A stretch of 64,000 nt of DNA from Mobula birostris (lineage: Eukaryota): positions 558,001 to 622,000 of the forward strand of contig NW_027276263.1 of the NCBI RefSeq assembly GCF_030028105.1, in the 5' to 3' direction. How positions within the stretch are numbered: position 1 is the stretch's first letter; every line of letters starts with the position of its first letter. Shown in pieces: positions 50,226-64,000 of the stretch. Both the position numbers and the translations under genes were made by a program. The notes below the pieces were generated by a model. That model was not told the DNA's origin, ran no database searches, and worked only from the letters and a program-made list of their open reading frames with translations.

Positions 50226-51029
50226 TCCAAGTCATGTCCCATGACATACCTAATTCGCTCTTACTTGATTATTTTTGTAATGAGTCTAATTCCCCTCATA
50301 TGATCAAGCTGAAGTCTTATCTATTGATTATTGATCATATGATCAAACTGAATCATATGCATCCTACTCCTTTGATTCCATCATCCTATTCTCTAATTCT
50401 TCCTTAATCCAGAAAGCTGATTTGGTCTGGGCTCTATTTTGCCCAGTTAAACATGAAACAAGACCATAAGATATAGGAGCGGTTTTGTTAAGGATGAGGT
50501 CTCCAGGTGGTTGGAGGAACAATTTTCCTCTCAGCCCCAATCACCTGCCTTCTCCCTATATCCCTTCATGCCCTGACCAATCTATCAACCTCTACCTTAA
50601 AAATACATACAGCCTTGGCCTCCACAGCTGCTGTGGGAAAGAATTCCACAGATTCATGACATTCTGGCTAAAGAAATTCCTTCTCAGCTCCATTCTAAAA
50701 GGACACCCCTCTATTCTGAACCTGTGTCCTCTGGTCTTAGACTCTCCCATCATAGGAAACACCCTCTCCACATCCACTGTATCAAGGCCTTTCACCATTC
50801 GATCGGTTTCAATGAGGTCACCCCTCATTTTTCTGAATTCCAGTAAGTACAGGCCCAGAGCCATCAAACAAACTTCATATGACAAGCCATTCATTTCTGG
50901 AATCATTTTTATGAGTCTCCTTTGAACCTTCTTGTTTCAGCACATATTTTTGAAGATAGGTTGCCCAAAGCTACTCACAATACTCCACGTGAAGCCTCAC
51001 CAGTGCTTTATAAATTCTCAACACTACAT

Positions 51030-51360
51030 CTGGTGGAAGGTACAAGTGCCTCAGCATTTGCACATCAGGTTCAAGGACAGTAACTACCCATCAACCACCA
51101 GGCTCTTGATCTACACTCACTCTGTTTCTGGTGTTCCCACAACTAATGGTCTCACTTTAACGACTCTTTATCTTGTTATTTCATGCTCTCATTATTTATT
51201 GCCATTTATTTATATTTTCATTTGCACAGTTTGTGTTCATTGATCCTGTTTACAGTTGCTGTTCTATAGAGTTGCTTAGTATGTCCACAGGAAAAGAGAC
51301 TCAGTGTTGTATGCGGTGACATGTATGTACTCTGATAATAAATTTTAATTTGAACTTTGA
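51030..51360 (+). mobile_element. Rex1 3' end, part of the 610-bp insert
   Basis: ggaaggtacaagtgcctcag..aggttcaaggacagt and tail tgataataaattttaatttgaactttga. Confidence 0.8.
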
Positions 51361-52600
51361 ACAAGGTGAATTATCCACTTGAAGTAAAGCTCTTTCCTGC
51401 CTACTTTCATTATATTCATTATGAGGACAAACTTCTTATTGTTCATAGCTTTGGCAAAGTCCTGTTTTATTCTAAATAACAATGGTGATAAAAAAGGCAA
51501 AGCACTCACTTATACCTTGGACATGCCACCACCATCTAGAACACCATTTTTGTCTTAAGCAGTCTTACTAGTCTTTTAATAGTTATATTGCTACAAATAG
51601 ACATATTGAAATCACTGTTCTTATTTCATCTTATATTAGTCACCGGTGCTTTATAAATTCTCAACACTACATTATTGTTTTTATATTCTAGTCCTCTTGA
51701 AATGAATGCTAACATTGCATTTGTCTTCCCCAACACAGACTCAACCTACAAATCAATCTTTCGAGAATCCTGCACAAGGATGTCCAAGTCCTTTTGCCCC
51801 TCAGTCTTTATTTATATTTTCTTTTAACTTTGAAACTAGTCGACACTTTAATTTCCTCTATTAAAGTGCAGAATCATATCCTACCTGACACTGTATTCCA
51901 TCTGCCATTTCTTTACCCATTCTACTAATCTTTCCAAGTCCTTCTGAAGCCTCTCTACTGCCCCAAAACTACCTGCCCCTTCACCTATCTTCATATTATC
52001 TGCCTACATTGTAACAAATCCATCAGTTCCATCATCCAAATCATTGACATATTACGTAAAAAGAATCGATCCCAAAACCGACCCCTTGTAGCTTGTTAAG
52101 TAGACTCATGTATAGCCCCTTGTCAAAAGCTTCTGAAAATCCAAGTACACAACACCAATCAATTCTCCTTTGTCTATCCTGTGTATTATTCCTTCAAAGA
52201 ATTCCAACAGATATGACAAGTAAGATTTTCCCTTGAGGAAACCATGCTGACTATGGCTTTTTTATCATGTGCCTTCAACTACCTGGAGACCTTATCCTTA
52301 ATAATCAACTCCAACATCTTCCCAATCACTGAGCTTAGACTAACTGGCCTATAGTTTCCTTTCTTCTGCCTCTCTCCCTGCTTGAAGAATGGAGTGACAT
52401 TTTCAATGTTCCAGTCTTCCAAAATCATTCGGAATCTAGTGATTCTTGAAAGATCATTACTAATGCCTCCATGATCTCCTCAGCCACCTCTTTCAGAACC
52501 CTGGGGTGTACAGTATCTGGTCCAGGTGACTTATCTACTTTCAGACCTTGCAGTTTCCCATAAACCTTCTCTTTTGTAACGGTAACATCACACGCTTCAT

Positions 52601-55600
52601 AGCACTTCTAGGGTACCTAGGCGAGACTCGAGTAGCAGCAGTACTCTCAATGGATACCATTAAATATTCCCGTTTCAGCCTGATACAGCTAAAAAACACA
52701 ACTGCTTCCAAGGTCAATACGGTCAACAAAGATGTCTTAATGCGTTTAAACAAACAATCGCTGCTTAAAACTGACGGAAACAACACTGATTTTAGTCAGA
52801 AGTGCCCACAGAGGACACCTCGGAGGAAGCACGGGTGTAGATCTGAGCTACAAGTGTGTTTAAGGAAACAGGGTTTTAAACTCCCTATACCGATTATCTT
52901 GTTGGCAAATGTGCAGTCTCTGGTGAATAAAATCGATGACCTCAGAGCTAGGGTGCTAAATCAGAGGGACATTAAGACCGCATGTGTCCTTTATTTCACG
53001 GAATCCTGGTTAATTCCTTCCATACTGGATGCAGCAATCCAGATCAACGGGTTTACTATACACTGTCAGGATAGATCTATAGAGTCTCTCAAAAGCAGAG
53101 GTGGAGGAGTATGCCTCATGATCAACTCCTCTTGGTGCACAAATATATCAGTGCTGTCCCAATTCTGCTCACCAGACCTGGAATATCTAGCAGTAATACC
53201 TACCACAGGAGTTCTCTTGGTTCATTTTGGTGGCAGTTTACATTCCATCTCAGGGCAATGTCAAGCAGGCTTTCGATGATCTGAGCAATGGGATCAACAT
53301 GCAGGAAACAGCACACCCTAACGCCTTCACCATCGTTTTGGGAGATTTTAACCAGGGCAATCTGAAAAAATCACTAAGCAATTACCATCAACAGATCACT
53401 TGCAATACCAGAGGAAACAACACACTGAACCATTGCTACACCACCATCAAGAACGCATCCGTGCTATTCCACGCCCTCACTTCGGGAAGTCTGATCACCT
53501 AGCAGTATTTCTGCTCCCTGAGTATAGGTAGAGACTGAAGACTGCAGCACCAGTAGTGAGGACCAAGAAGATATGGGCAAGGGAAGCACAGAAGCGCCTA
53601 CAGGACTGCTTTGAATTGGACTGGACTGTTCAGGGATTCATCTTTGAAACTGGATGAGTATGCTGCCATTGCTACCAACTTCATTAAAACCTGGTGGATG
53701 AGTGTGTGCCCACAAAGACTTACTGTACATTCCCAAACCAAAAGCCATGGATAAACCAGGAGATACATCATCTGCTGAAAGCTAGATCTGCGGGATTCAG
53801 GTCTGGCAAATCAGGCCTGTACCAGAAATCCAGGTATGATTTGTGGAGAGTTATTTCAAGGGTGAAGAGACAATTTCGAATGAGGTTGGAGGCAACATCA
53901 GATGTATGACAACTCTGGCAGGGTCTGCAAGACATGACTTCCTACAGAGCAAAACCCAATAGCATGAATGGCGGTGATGCTTCACTACCAGATGAACTCA
54001 ACACCTTCTATGCACGCTTTGAAAGGGAGAACACAACTACAGCTGTGAAGATCCCTGCTGCACCTGATGACCCTGTGATTTCCGTCTCAGAGGCTGAAGT
54101 AAGCTGTCTTTAAAGAGAGTGAACCCTCACAAGGTGGAAGGTCCCGATGGAGTACCTAGTAAGGCTCTGAAAACCTGTGCCAACCAACTAGAGGGAGTAT
54201 TCAAGGACGTTTACAACCTCTCACTGCTATGGGCAGAAGTTCCCACTTGCTTTAAAAAGGCAATATTTATACCAGTGCCTAAGAAGAATAATGTGGGCTG
54301 CCTTAATGACTATCCTCCGGTAGCACACACATCATCAGTGATGAAATGCTTTGAGTGTCAGGGTCCCAACCATTAATTCCCATTTTCTCCTAATTCCTTT
54401 TCATTGTGCCTCGGTTCCGACTGTTAATTCCCCATTTTCTCCTGATTTCCTTTGATGGCGGCACACCTGGTTTTCATCAAGACCTGCAGCATAAGAACCC
54501 CGGCTTTGCACCCACTAGTTGCCAGATTGTTGGTTTTACCAGTGTGGTAATTAACATTTCCCGGCCACTTAGGATTGTGCGTTCTAAGTTTTGCTTCAGT
54601 ACCGAGATTTACCTGTGAAACTCAGTCTCTCCGTGTCAAGATAAGTTTTGTTTTACTTCAGTACCAAGATTTACCTGTGAAACTCAGTCTCTCCGTGTCA
54701 AGATAAGTATTCTAAGTTTTACTTCAGCACCGAGGTTTACCTGTGTAACTCCGTCTCTCCATGCTAAGAAAAGTTTTGTCTGCTGCTTTCCTTTCTACGC
54801 TCTGTGTCAAGATAAGTTCTGCCTGCCTCCTGATTTCCTGCACTCCCTCCTGTTTGCTGTTCAACGATCACACCTGCGTCTGCATCCTAACTCAATCTCC
54901 GTGCCTGTGTCCTGCGTTTGGGTTCGCCTCGTTCATTGCAACATTGAGAGGTTGGTCATGACTAGTCTGAACTCCTGCCTCAGCAAGGACGTGGACCCAT
55001 TGCAATTTGCCTATTGCCACAATAGATCAATGTCAGATACAATCTCAATGGCTCTCCACATAGCTTTAGACCACCTGGACAACACAAATACGTACGTATG
55101 GATGCTGTTCATCGACTATAGCTCAGCATTTAATACCATCATTCCCACATTCCTGATTGAGAAGTTGCAGAACCTGAGCCCCTGTACCTCCTTCTGCAAT
55201 TGGATCATCGACTTCCTAACCAGAAGATCACAATCTATGCAGATTGGTGATAACATATCCTCCTCACTGTCAATCAACACTGGCGCACCTCAAGGGTGTG
55301 TGCTTAGCCTACTGCTCTACTCTCTAAATACACATGACTGTGTGCCTAGGCATAGCTCAAATACCATCTATAAATTAGCTGACAATACAACCGTTGTGCG
55401 TAGAATCTCAGGTGTTGATGAGAGGGCGTACCGGAGTGAGATATGCCAACTAGTGGAATGGTGCTACAGCAACAACCTTGTACTCAACATCAGTAAGACA
55501 AAAGAGCTGATTGTGGACTTCAGGAAGAGTAAGATGAAGGAACACATACCAATCCTCATAGAGGGATCAGAAGTGGAGAGGGCGAGCAGCTTCAAGTTCC

Positions 55601-56235
55601 TGGGTGTCAAGATCTCTGAGGATCTAACCTGGTCCCAACATATCGATGTGGTTATAGAGAAGGAAAGACTGCGGCTATACTTTATTAGGAGTTTGAAGAG
55701 ATTTGGCATGTCAACAAATACACTCAAAAACTTCTATAGTTGTACTGTGGAGAGCATTCTGACAGGCTGCATCACTGCCTGGTATGGTGGGGCTACTGCG
55801 CAGGACCGAAAGAAGCTGCAGAAGGTTGTAAATCTAGTCAGCTCCATCTTGCCTACAAAGTATCCAGGACATCTTTAGGGAATGGTGTCTCAGGAAGGCA
55901 GCCACCATTATTAAGGACCTCCAGCACCCAGGGCATGGCCTTTTCTCACTGTTACCATCAGGTAGGAGGTACAGAAGCCTGAAGGCACACACTCAGCGAT
56001 TCAGGAACAGCTTCTTCCCCTCTGCCATCTGATTCCTAAATGGACATTGAATCTCTGGACACGACCCCACTTTGCTTTTAATATACATACAGTAATTCTG
56101 TTTTTGCATGTTTTTTTTTAAATCCATTCAATTAATTGTTACTTTTTCTCTTCTAGATTATTTAGTGCATTGGACTGCTGCTGCTGAGATAACAAAGTTC
56201 ACGTTACATGCCGGTGATAATAAACCTGATTCTGA
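52601..56235 (+). mobile_element. Near full-length Rex1/Babar LINE (single APE-RT ORF, disrupted)
   Basis: [64 protein letters not shown]. Tail gataataaacctgattctga. The host CR1 resumes at 56236. Confidence 0.93.
54356..54943 (+). mobile_element. Solo LTR in Rex1 RT
   Basis: TGT...ACA termini and 5-bp TSD ttgag (54351-54355, 54944-54948). Splits MKCFE|RLVM. Three ~60-68-bp internal repeats at 54588-54760. Confidence 0.92.
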
Positions 56236-56800
56236 CCCTTGACACTTGGAACTTCCACTATTCTGCCAGTGTCTTCCACAATGAAGACTGATGTAAAATA
56301 CTTACTCAGCTCATCTGCCATTTCCTTGCCCCCATTACTACCTCACCAGCATTGATTTCCCACCAGTCCAATATCCCATCTCACCTCTCTTTTACACTTT
56401 ATGTATCTGAGGAAAGTTTGGTATCCCCTTTAATATTATTGACTAGCTTACTTTGTATTCCATCTTGACCTTCTTTATGACTTTTTTAGTTGCCTTCTAT
56501 TGGTTTTTAAACATTTCACAATTCTCTAACTTCCCACTTATTTTTGCTATATTATATGTCTTCTCTTTTGCTTTTATGTTGTTTTGACTTCTCTTGTTTG
56601 CCATGTTTGTGTCACCTTGCCTTTAGAATATTTCTTTCTCTTTGGGATGCATACATCGTATGCCTTCCAAATTGTTTCCAGAAATTCCTACTGTTGCTGC
56701 TCTGCCATCATCCCTGCCAATGTTCTTTTCCAATAAATTCTGGCCAAATTCTCTCTCATGCCTCCCTTTCCTCCACTGTAATATGGATACCTCTGACCTT

Positions 56801-57692
56801 ATTGAATTGAATTGACCTTATTTCTTACATCCTTCACACACGAGTACTAAAAATCTTTAGGTGATGTCTCCGTATAAATATGCAATGTGCAATTTATAGT
56901 AATTTGTAATAAACAGCATGTACAGCAGGACAGTCAATATAGCATAGAAATAGAATTGTATCAGAGTGAATTAATCAGTCTGATGGCCTGGTGGAAGAAG
57001 CCGGTCCTGCCTTTTATGCCACGGTACTGTTTCCCAGATAGTAGCAGCTGGAACAGTTTGTGGTTGGAGTGACTCAGGTCCCCAATGATCCTTTGGGCCC
57101 TTTTTAAACAGCTGTCTTTGTAAATGTCCTGAATACTGGGAAGTTCACATCTACAGATGCGCTGGGCTGTCCGCACCACTCTCTACGGAGTCCTGCGATT
57201 GAGAGAAGTACAGTTCACATACTAGGCAGTGATACAGACAGTCAGGATGCTCTCAATTGTGCTCCTGTTGAAAGTCCTGAGGATTTGGGAACTCATGCCA
57301 AGCTTCTACAACCGTCTGAGGTGAAAGAGTTGCTGTTGTGTTTTTTTCACCACACACCCAGTATGTACAGTGCAGGAGGTCCTCGGTGATGTAGATGCCG
57401 AGGACTTAAAGCTGTTCACCCTCTCAAACCCAGATCCATTGATGTCTATAGGGGTTAGCCTGTCTCCATTCCTCCTGTAATCCACATTCAGCTCCTTTGT
57501 TTTTCTAATGTTGAGGGAGAGGTTGTTTTCTTGACACCACTGTGTCAGGGTGATGCTTCCTCTCTGTAGGCTGCCTCGTTATTATTTGAGATAAGGCCAA
57601 CAATATAGTATGGTCAGCAAATTTAACTAGCAGATTGGAGCTGTAGATGGTGACACCGTCATGGGTATACAGAGAGTAAAGGAGGGAGCTTA
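56801..57692 (-). mobile_element. Rex1/Babar 3' part
   Basis: (attga)n tail; SLLYSLYTHD..LVKFADH and AQRICRCELPSIQDIY. Confidence 0.85.
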
Positions 57693-59127
57693 GAAATTTC
57701 AGGTTGAATTTGATCATATTATGATCATATGCCCCTAAGGATAATTATAGCTTAAGGTCTCTAATGAATTCTGGTTCTTTGCCCAACACCCAATCTAGAA
57801 TAGCTGATACCCTAGTGGGTTCAACCATAAGCTGCTTTTGTAGGTACTCTAGGAAATCCTCCTCCTGGAATCGAGCACTAACCTGATTTTCCCAAATTGC
57901 CTGCATATTGAAATCTCCCATTGCCCTTTTGGCATGCATTTTCTATTCCACCCACCCCCCACCACCCCGCCCTTGTAATTTGTAGACCACATCCTTATAA
58001 TTGTTTGGTGGTCTGTATACAACTTTGATTAAGGTCTTTTGACTTTTGCAGTTCCTTAGGTCTATCCACGATGATTCAACACCTTCTGACCCAATGCCAC
58101 CTCTTCCTAATGATTTGATTTCATTTTTTAACTAATACAGCAACAACGCCCCCTCGTGGCACTCAGGAGGCAACATGCCATATGGGAATCTTGATCTTGC
58201 CCTTGGAGCCTCTTGTTTGTTCTCCGAATTAACGAATCTCCTATCACCTCTGCACTGGCTACTTAGCCCATTTCCCCTTCCTGATTCTCATCCAGATTCC
58301 TGTGTCCTGCACCATGGGTGTAACTACCTTTCCATATCACCATTTCAGCCTCCTGTATGAACCGGAGTTCATCCAGTTCCAGCTCCAACTCTTTAGCATG
58401 GATTGTTAGAAGCTGCTGCTGGATGCACTTCTTGCAGATGTAGCCATCAGGGACACTGGAGCTCACCTTGCCTGCCCCCATCCCACAAGAGGAAGATCAT
58501 CTATCCTGTTTGGCATCTGAGTAGATATAAAGAAGAGAAGGAAAAAAAAAAACTCAACCTAGAGCTTTCCTTTCTCTGACTGAAGCCTTGAAGAGCTAAA
58601 GCCTCAAGATCACCACTCTGACTCTGTCCACTCAGACCACGACCGCTGTGACAATGGCTGCTGTATTTGCCCCTCCCTTCCTTTAATTTGCTTGCCAGTC
58701 AATCTCAAATGACAATTGGTAGTTGTCAAATCTCTTTTTTGCTGCGGTGACCCGCTGCTGGCTTTTCTACTCGGGCAGTGGATCTGAGTGAAATCCTCTC
58801 CTTCCGATGTCTGGAGGGTCATCTGGTCACTGGTCAAAGGTCTTTATGCCTTACTATAACTTTCAAATTAATGTATAACGTTCCTATATACTGCTCAATG
58901 ATTCCAATTTAGCTCGACCACATTCCTTATTTATTGATTAAATCTAGTCCTCTTTAAGATTAGTATTTTGATTCTGTGTTGGCCCTTATCACAATACTCT
59001 GCACTATTTCCAAAGTATCCACTCACTAGACCCAATCGCATACTTAAACCAAATCCAACAATGTCTTCTTCCACACTGGTCTGGAAACATACTGATCAAG
59101 AAAATTATCCCAAAGCCGTTACTGGAA

Positions 59128-59275
59128 TTAGAACCATAGAACCATAGAAACTACAGCACAGAACAGGCCTTTTGGCCCTTCTTGGCTGTGCCGAACCATT
59201 TTCTGTCTAGTTCCATTGACCTGCACACGGACCATATCCCTCCATACACCTCCCATCCATGTATCTGTCTTCTGT
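59128..59275 (-). mobile_element. Short CR1 3' tail insertion
   Basis: (tagaacca)n tail followed by acagcacagaacaggccttttggccc. Confidence 0.75.
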
Positions 59276-59319
59276 CCAATTCCCATCTTCCCTATCCTAA
59301 AACTAAGAAGTATTGAGGA

Positions 59320-60348
59320 CAAAAAGCCTTAAAATGGGAGTTATATATAGATCACCAAAGACAAGCAGGAATGTGGGACACAGTATAAGTCAGGAAGCCA
59401 CATGTGTACCTTAAGGGGTAACACAATAGTAACGGAGGACTTTATAGATTGCTTAAGAAAATCAACATCAGTCATTAAGATGACAAATTTATGGAGCATA
59501 TGCAAACATATTCCCAAGAAAAGGTTCTTTAATAACCTGTGGTTAAATAGTAGTTAGGGAAGAGTGAACAATGTAAAGAAGTTTACATTAATTTTAAAAG
59601 TGATAAAATTCAATACAAAACTACAGTCTTAAATCTAATAAAGCAAACACTGAAGGTATGAGATATGCATTGATTGTAGTGAATTGAGAAGCTACTTTGG
59701 AAAGCAGGCCAATGAATGCAATAGCTAATAGATTTAATGCATACTTTACAACAAACATCTCCCTTTAAAGGATGAAATGCAGGTATTTTGATTCTAGTCC
59801 AGTAGCCCAAAATCAGCAACTGCAGTACCATTGGAAAACTCCAGCAAAGTAGCAGTCAGTAAATCCCACCTGATGGTCTCCCAAACACTTATTTGTATGT
59901 ATGGGTTCTGTATAAGCTGGGCATTCATTAGCTGGGAGGAATAGTAAACAACCAGGTAAAATGATTCAACTACATATACCAACAAGTTAAAACCATTGTT
60001 TGATTAGAGAAAAAAAAGTTATATCATCAAAGAGCAATGAGATTGAAGATTCGAAGTTTCAGAATTCAGCAAAAGAGGACTAAGACACTGATCAGAAATG
60101 AAAATTTTCAGCCATCCATGCTAGAAATTTTGGGAGAAATTTCCTCACACAAACTGGATGTTTTTTAGAAAAAAGACTGTGTAGACCAGGTCGCATATTT
60201 TCAAGACAGAGATTAATGGGTGTTTTGATATTAACAGAATCAAGGCACATGGAGATAGTACTGAAGAGTGGATCTGCTCAAGGTCAACAATGAATCGCAG
60301 AGGGAAGCATAGGACAGAATAACCTTCTCCTTTAATATGTTTTCTCAC
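59320..60348 (+). mobile_element. Very degraded CR1 (APE remnant and 3' end)
   Basis: GVIYRSP-like ggagttatatatagatcacca and the 3' end ttttcaagacagagattaatgggtgttttgata. Confidence 0.5.
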
Positions 60349-62354
60349 ATTGCTTGCTCTACATTCTTGGAAATTGTCCTTTTCCTATGACTTGGTAGTG
60401 AATAAATTATACCAAACAATTTATGTTTCTTAAGTCACATGATTCAAATTCAATAATTCAATTCCAGTTACATTAAGTCAGTTGAATATTTTGTTACATT
60501 GCAAAGATCAACGTGAATCATATTTTAGATTGCTTGCCTATAGTGCTGAGAATCTTCCATCGTTAGTTATACAACCCCAGTTTAATGGCTCCTGGAGTGA
60601 AGCAAAGTCTTAATGAATGAATAAAATAGCTATTGAAGAGGGCGGAGTTTGTGGCTCTGAGAAATGAAAACTGAAATATTGAGAGGAACAAGTTAATTAA
60701 TATGTTGAGAAGTCCTTTTTCACTATTATGGAAATATTACATATTTAAACATAACTGCGCATATTAAAAAGGACAATTTTCCATCACTGAATTCTTAATT
60801 TTTAAAATTACAGTAATAAGGAACCTTTTCACAGTCAATCAATTTACTTCAATTGTCACTTATTTTAATTGTTCTTATATTATCTTTGGCAGCTTACCAT
60901 GATATTTCTTGTTCCTTATTTCCACGTTGCTGCCTTTTAGTTTTCATCTTGATGTTGCTACCACAACTACCTCCTCTCACTGCAAGGGTTGAAATTTTGG
61001 CAGAGTTATCAAAAATATACATTCCTCTCAGCCAAGCATTACTTTTAATGTTTTAAAATTATGGAATGATTAAACAATGGTGGGATTGAGCTGAGGATGG
61101 AAGGCAAAGAGTAAGTCATCTCTTACATAGGCTTATTATGGATCGATAGGTGAAATCAAGGTATTCAATCGACAGCAGGAAATAAAAACAGGGAAACCCG
61201 AAATTAGTGTGTCTCCAATGCAACAACATACATTGAGAAACTTACCAATTTTGTCAAATAGACCTACTTTTATTTATTTATTTTCCCATTTCCCCCTCCA
61301 GTTTCCATTTTTTCCTGTCTTCACAATCATGACTCCTCTCTTAAAAAACACAATAATTCACTGAATTTTAATACACTGTCACAAAAGTTGAGTATTGAGT
61401 GCCAGTTTTCTGATGGTTGTTTCAGTGCAGATCATAAAACATCTAAAATGTGATTGTGCCCTTAAATTTAATTTTCCCATAAGTGTATAGTCTTCATTCT
61501 TCAGTCTTCTGTTGACACTGTTCAAGTTGCAAATCCTGTACAGTGAACAGCATACCATAGCACAGTTCTACTACTCTACCACATTATTGTCAAAAGTTTT
61601 CTTTAGTTATCATTTAGACTTTACACTTCTCTCCTCATGTCTCTGCTGTTGAGCTAAATAAGATTTTAATTATAGTTTTTGAAACAAGTCCAACAAATGT
61701 GAATGTTTTTCTGGAATCCCAATGTAAAACTGGAATCGCAATGTAAAAATATTATGTATGTTAACCCTTGAGTGTGATACTGCTGCAGGGGAGGAAACAT
61801 TTAAATTCAATTCATTTATTGTCAAAGCTGGTATGTGCACAGTGAAACTCAGGGTTACATCATGTAGTGTAGTTCAACAATGGAGTCAATGTTCCAAGTG
61901 GATACACTAGGGACGGAGCCTTGCCTACCGGGAGTGCACAGCAGGAAATTATTGGTACACTCCTTATGATTAGCCATCCATTCATTTTAATGAGGAGAAA
62001 AAAATGGGAGGCATGCTTGCAATTTCCTGATGGCACTCAAGCATAGATTAGAATCAATTCCAATAGTACTGGATTAGTAAACTCCCAGGAATAAAATACC
62101 TTTTGGACAATAGTGCAAGTTTTGTCATCACCTACCTCACATGATACTTCAATATTTTCTGATTCCAGCCACTCATCCTTCTGTGTAATTAAGTCATAAT
62201 ATTTTGAATGCAGGCTGGAATTATGGAACTAAATAAATATGATGCAAATCCAGTTATTAGCTTACTGCCACCTGAATATAACCACAAAAGCTCTTAGTTT
62301 ACAAGTAAAATAAATTCATTCCTCAATATCTTTTAAACAAGGAATTCTGCTGCC

Positions 62355-63218
62355 CATTCTCTCTACACTCATGACTGTGTGGGTAGGCATATCTCAATTG
62401 CCATCACTAACACCACTGTTGTCAGCAAAATCTTAGATAACATTGAGGAGCCTTAGATAGAGGCGAGATGAGATGAAACAAGTTTGACTCGTTGAATGGT
62501 GTTACAAGAACAATCTCAAATTCAACATCAGCAAGGAACGTTTGTGGACTTTAGGAAGGGGAAGTCGGGACACACATACCAGTCTTCATTGAGGAGTCTG
62601 TAGTGGAAAGGTGAACAACATTATACTTCTGGGCATCAATAACTCAGATGATCGACCTTGGACTCAACACATCTCAGGGATCTTTCTTGGGCACAACACA
62701 TTGATACAGCCAAAAAGAAGGCTATCCAGCAGAGATTTGTTATGCCACCAAAGACATTTCCAAGTTTCTACAGGTGTATGTTCACGAGCATTCTGACTTG
62801 ATGCATCACCAACTAGTATGGAACCTCCAATGAACAAGATGACAAGAGACTGCAGAGGATTATAGACTCAGCCAGTTGCAACACTGGCAAAATCCTCCTC
62901 ACTATTAGAGACATATTAAACAGGCAACATTTCAAGAAAGCAGTCATTAAAGACCCTCACCCTCATTCTTTGCATAATAACCATTGACTAAGAGATACAG
63001 AAGCCTGAGGAAACACACCTAATGTTTTAGGAACAGCATCTTCCCCTCTGTTATCAGATTTCCGATGTCCACAACCCCATGAACACTACCTTGTTATTTG
63101 TGTTTTACACTATTTATTTATGTTTGGAACATATAGTAATTTCTATTTCTTGCACTATACTACTGGTTAATAAGAACAAATTTCATGCCATATGTCAATG
63201 ATAATAGACTTGATTCTG
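62355..63218 (+). mobile_element. Old Rex1/Babar 3' part
   Basis: ctctacactcatgactgtgtg, VDFRKG-like and tail gataatagacttgattctg. Confidence 0.75.
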
Positions 63219-64000
63219 GACTGACCATGTTCCTCGTTGTCCTTGGTAGTTTCATAGTAACAAGAGAAAAATAATTAATACTGGCTTATCCTTCTTTCCC
63301 TCAGTTATGAAACAAAGACAAAGTACAATGAATATAATCTACCTACTGATCTTATTTCAATCTGAGTTAAATGTGGAGATTCATTTCCATTGAAAATAGA
63401 TGGAGAAGGACAATTGAAGATGGCAGCCAATCTGATTTTGAGTTTGGTTTGAATAGCTCACCACAAAGTTGTCAAGGCAGGTATAAAAAAAGTTTTCAAT
63501 CTCAAGTTTTGTTTCTGTTAAATATTATTGGACTTTCAAAAAATACTTTGGCGACTTATGTTGTTTTAATTATCATTACGCGCTTAGATAAGCATTATTG
63601 CAAATTGATTTTTGAGCAATACTTCAATAAAGCAAACGGAATGGTCATTTAACATGTTGAGAAATGGTTTAGACAAAGGGCATATGGGTGTTTTAAGTGT
63701 TGGCTGGAAGGGATTCAGTATAACAGACATAAATGGGTTAACATATAAAGAGCAAATATTTTAACGTATTAGACACTGTAAATTAGCACATATTTCTTGA
63801 AACCTTTCTTAACAACAAATACAGAAATATCTTCAGAAATGAAAATACTTCAAAGACAAAATCAGTCAGTAAAATTAGCTGTGACTAATAAGCCTTCACC
63901 ACCTTCTCCTGGTTGATACCACCATCTCTGTCCTATTGAGGCTTTTCTGGCCTTAATCCTATCACAGATATTCTTTTGTTGCATCTACTTGTGTACCCTC

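Larger units (their letters stand above)
50451..58840 (-). mobile_element. Near full-length CR1 LINE split by three insertions
   Basis: Segments 50451-51029 (3' end, tail gaccataagatatagg), 51640-52600 (RT), 56236-56800, and 57690-58840 (APE MGDFN/ILDWVL, ORF1 PDGYICKKCIQ..ELELELDELR). Confidence 0.85.

Noticed and set aside
54588-54760. Three ~60-bp direct repeats as a CRISPR-like array
   Set aside because: Tandem copies without spacers inside a eukaryotic LTR.

Overview
Eukaryotic genomic DNA, intronic or intergenic, with one 130-N gap. It is most likely from a cartilaginous fish (ray/shark-type repeat content such as an HE1-like V-SINE and CR1, Rex1 and Penelope families; this is inference). 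I cannot support any host protein-coding exon. Most of the window is nested retroelement debris: many CR1 LINEs (two near full-length, at about 23.0-32.4 kb on + and 50.5-58.8 kb on -), Rex1/Babar LINEs, one RTE, two Gypsy proviruses, solo LTRs with 5-bp TSDs, tRNA-SINEs and a Tc1-like MITE. The most interesting layer is a family of Penelope-like elements (PLEs). Their terminal repeats (pLTRs) carry minimal type-I hammerhead ribozymes: two have intact cores and several are mutated. The window also holds four small inverted-pLTR hairpin elements whose inversion junctions fall within the ribozyme motif. Other oddities are an exact 299-bp templated duplication, a 610-bp insert flanked by a 33-bp direct repeat, and an in-frame Gypsy-protease/RTE-RT junction. 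All coordinates and alignments were read by eye, and boundaries of old elements are approximate.
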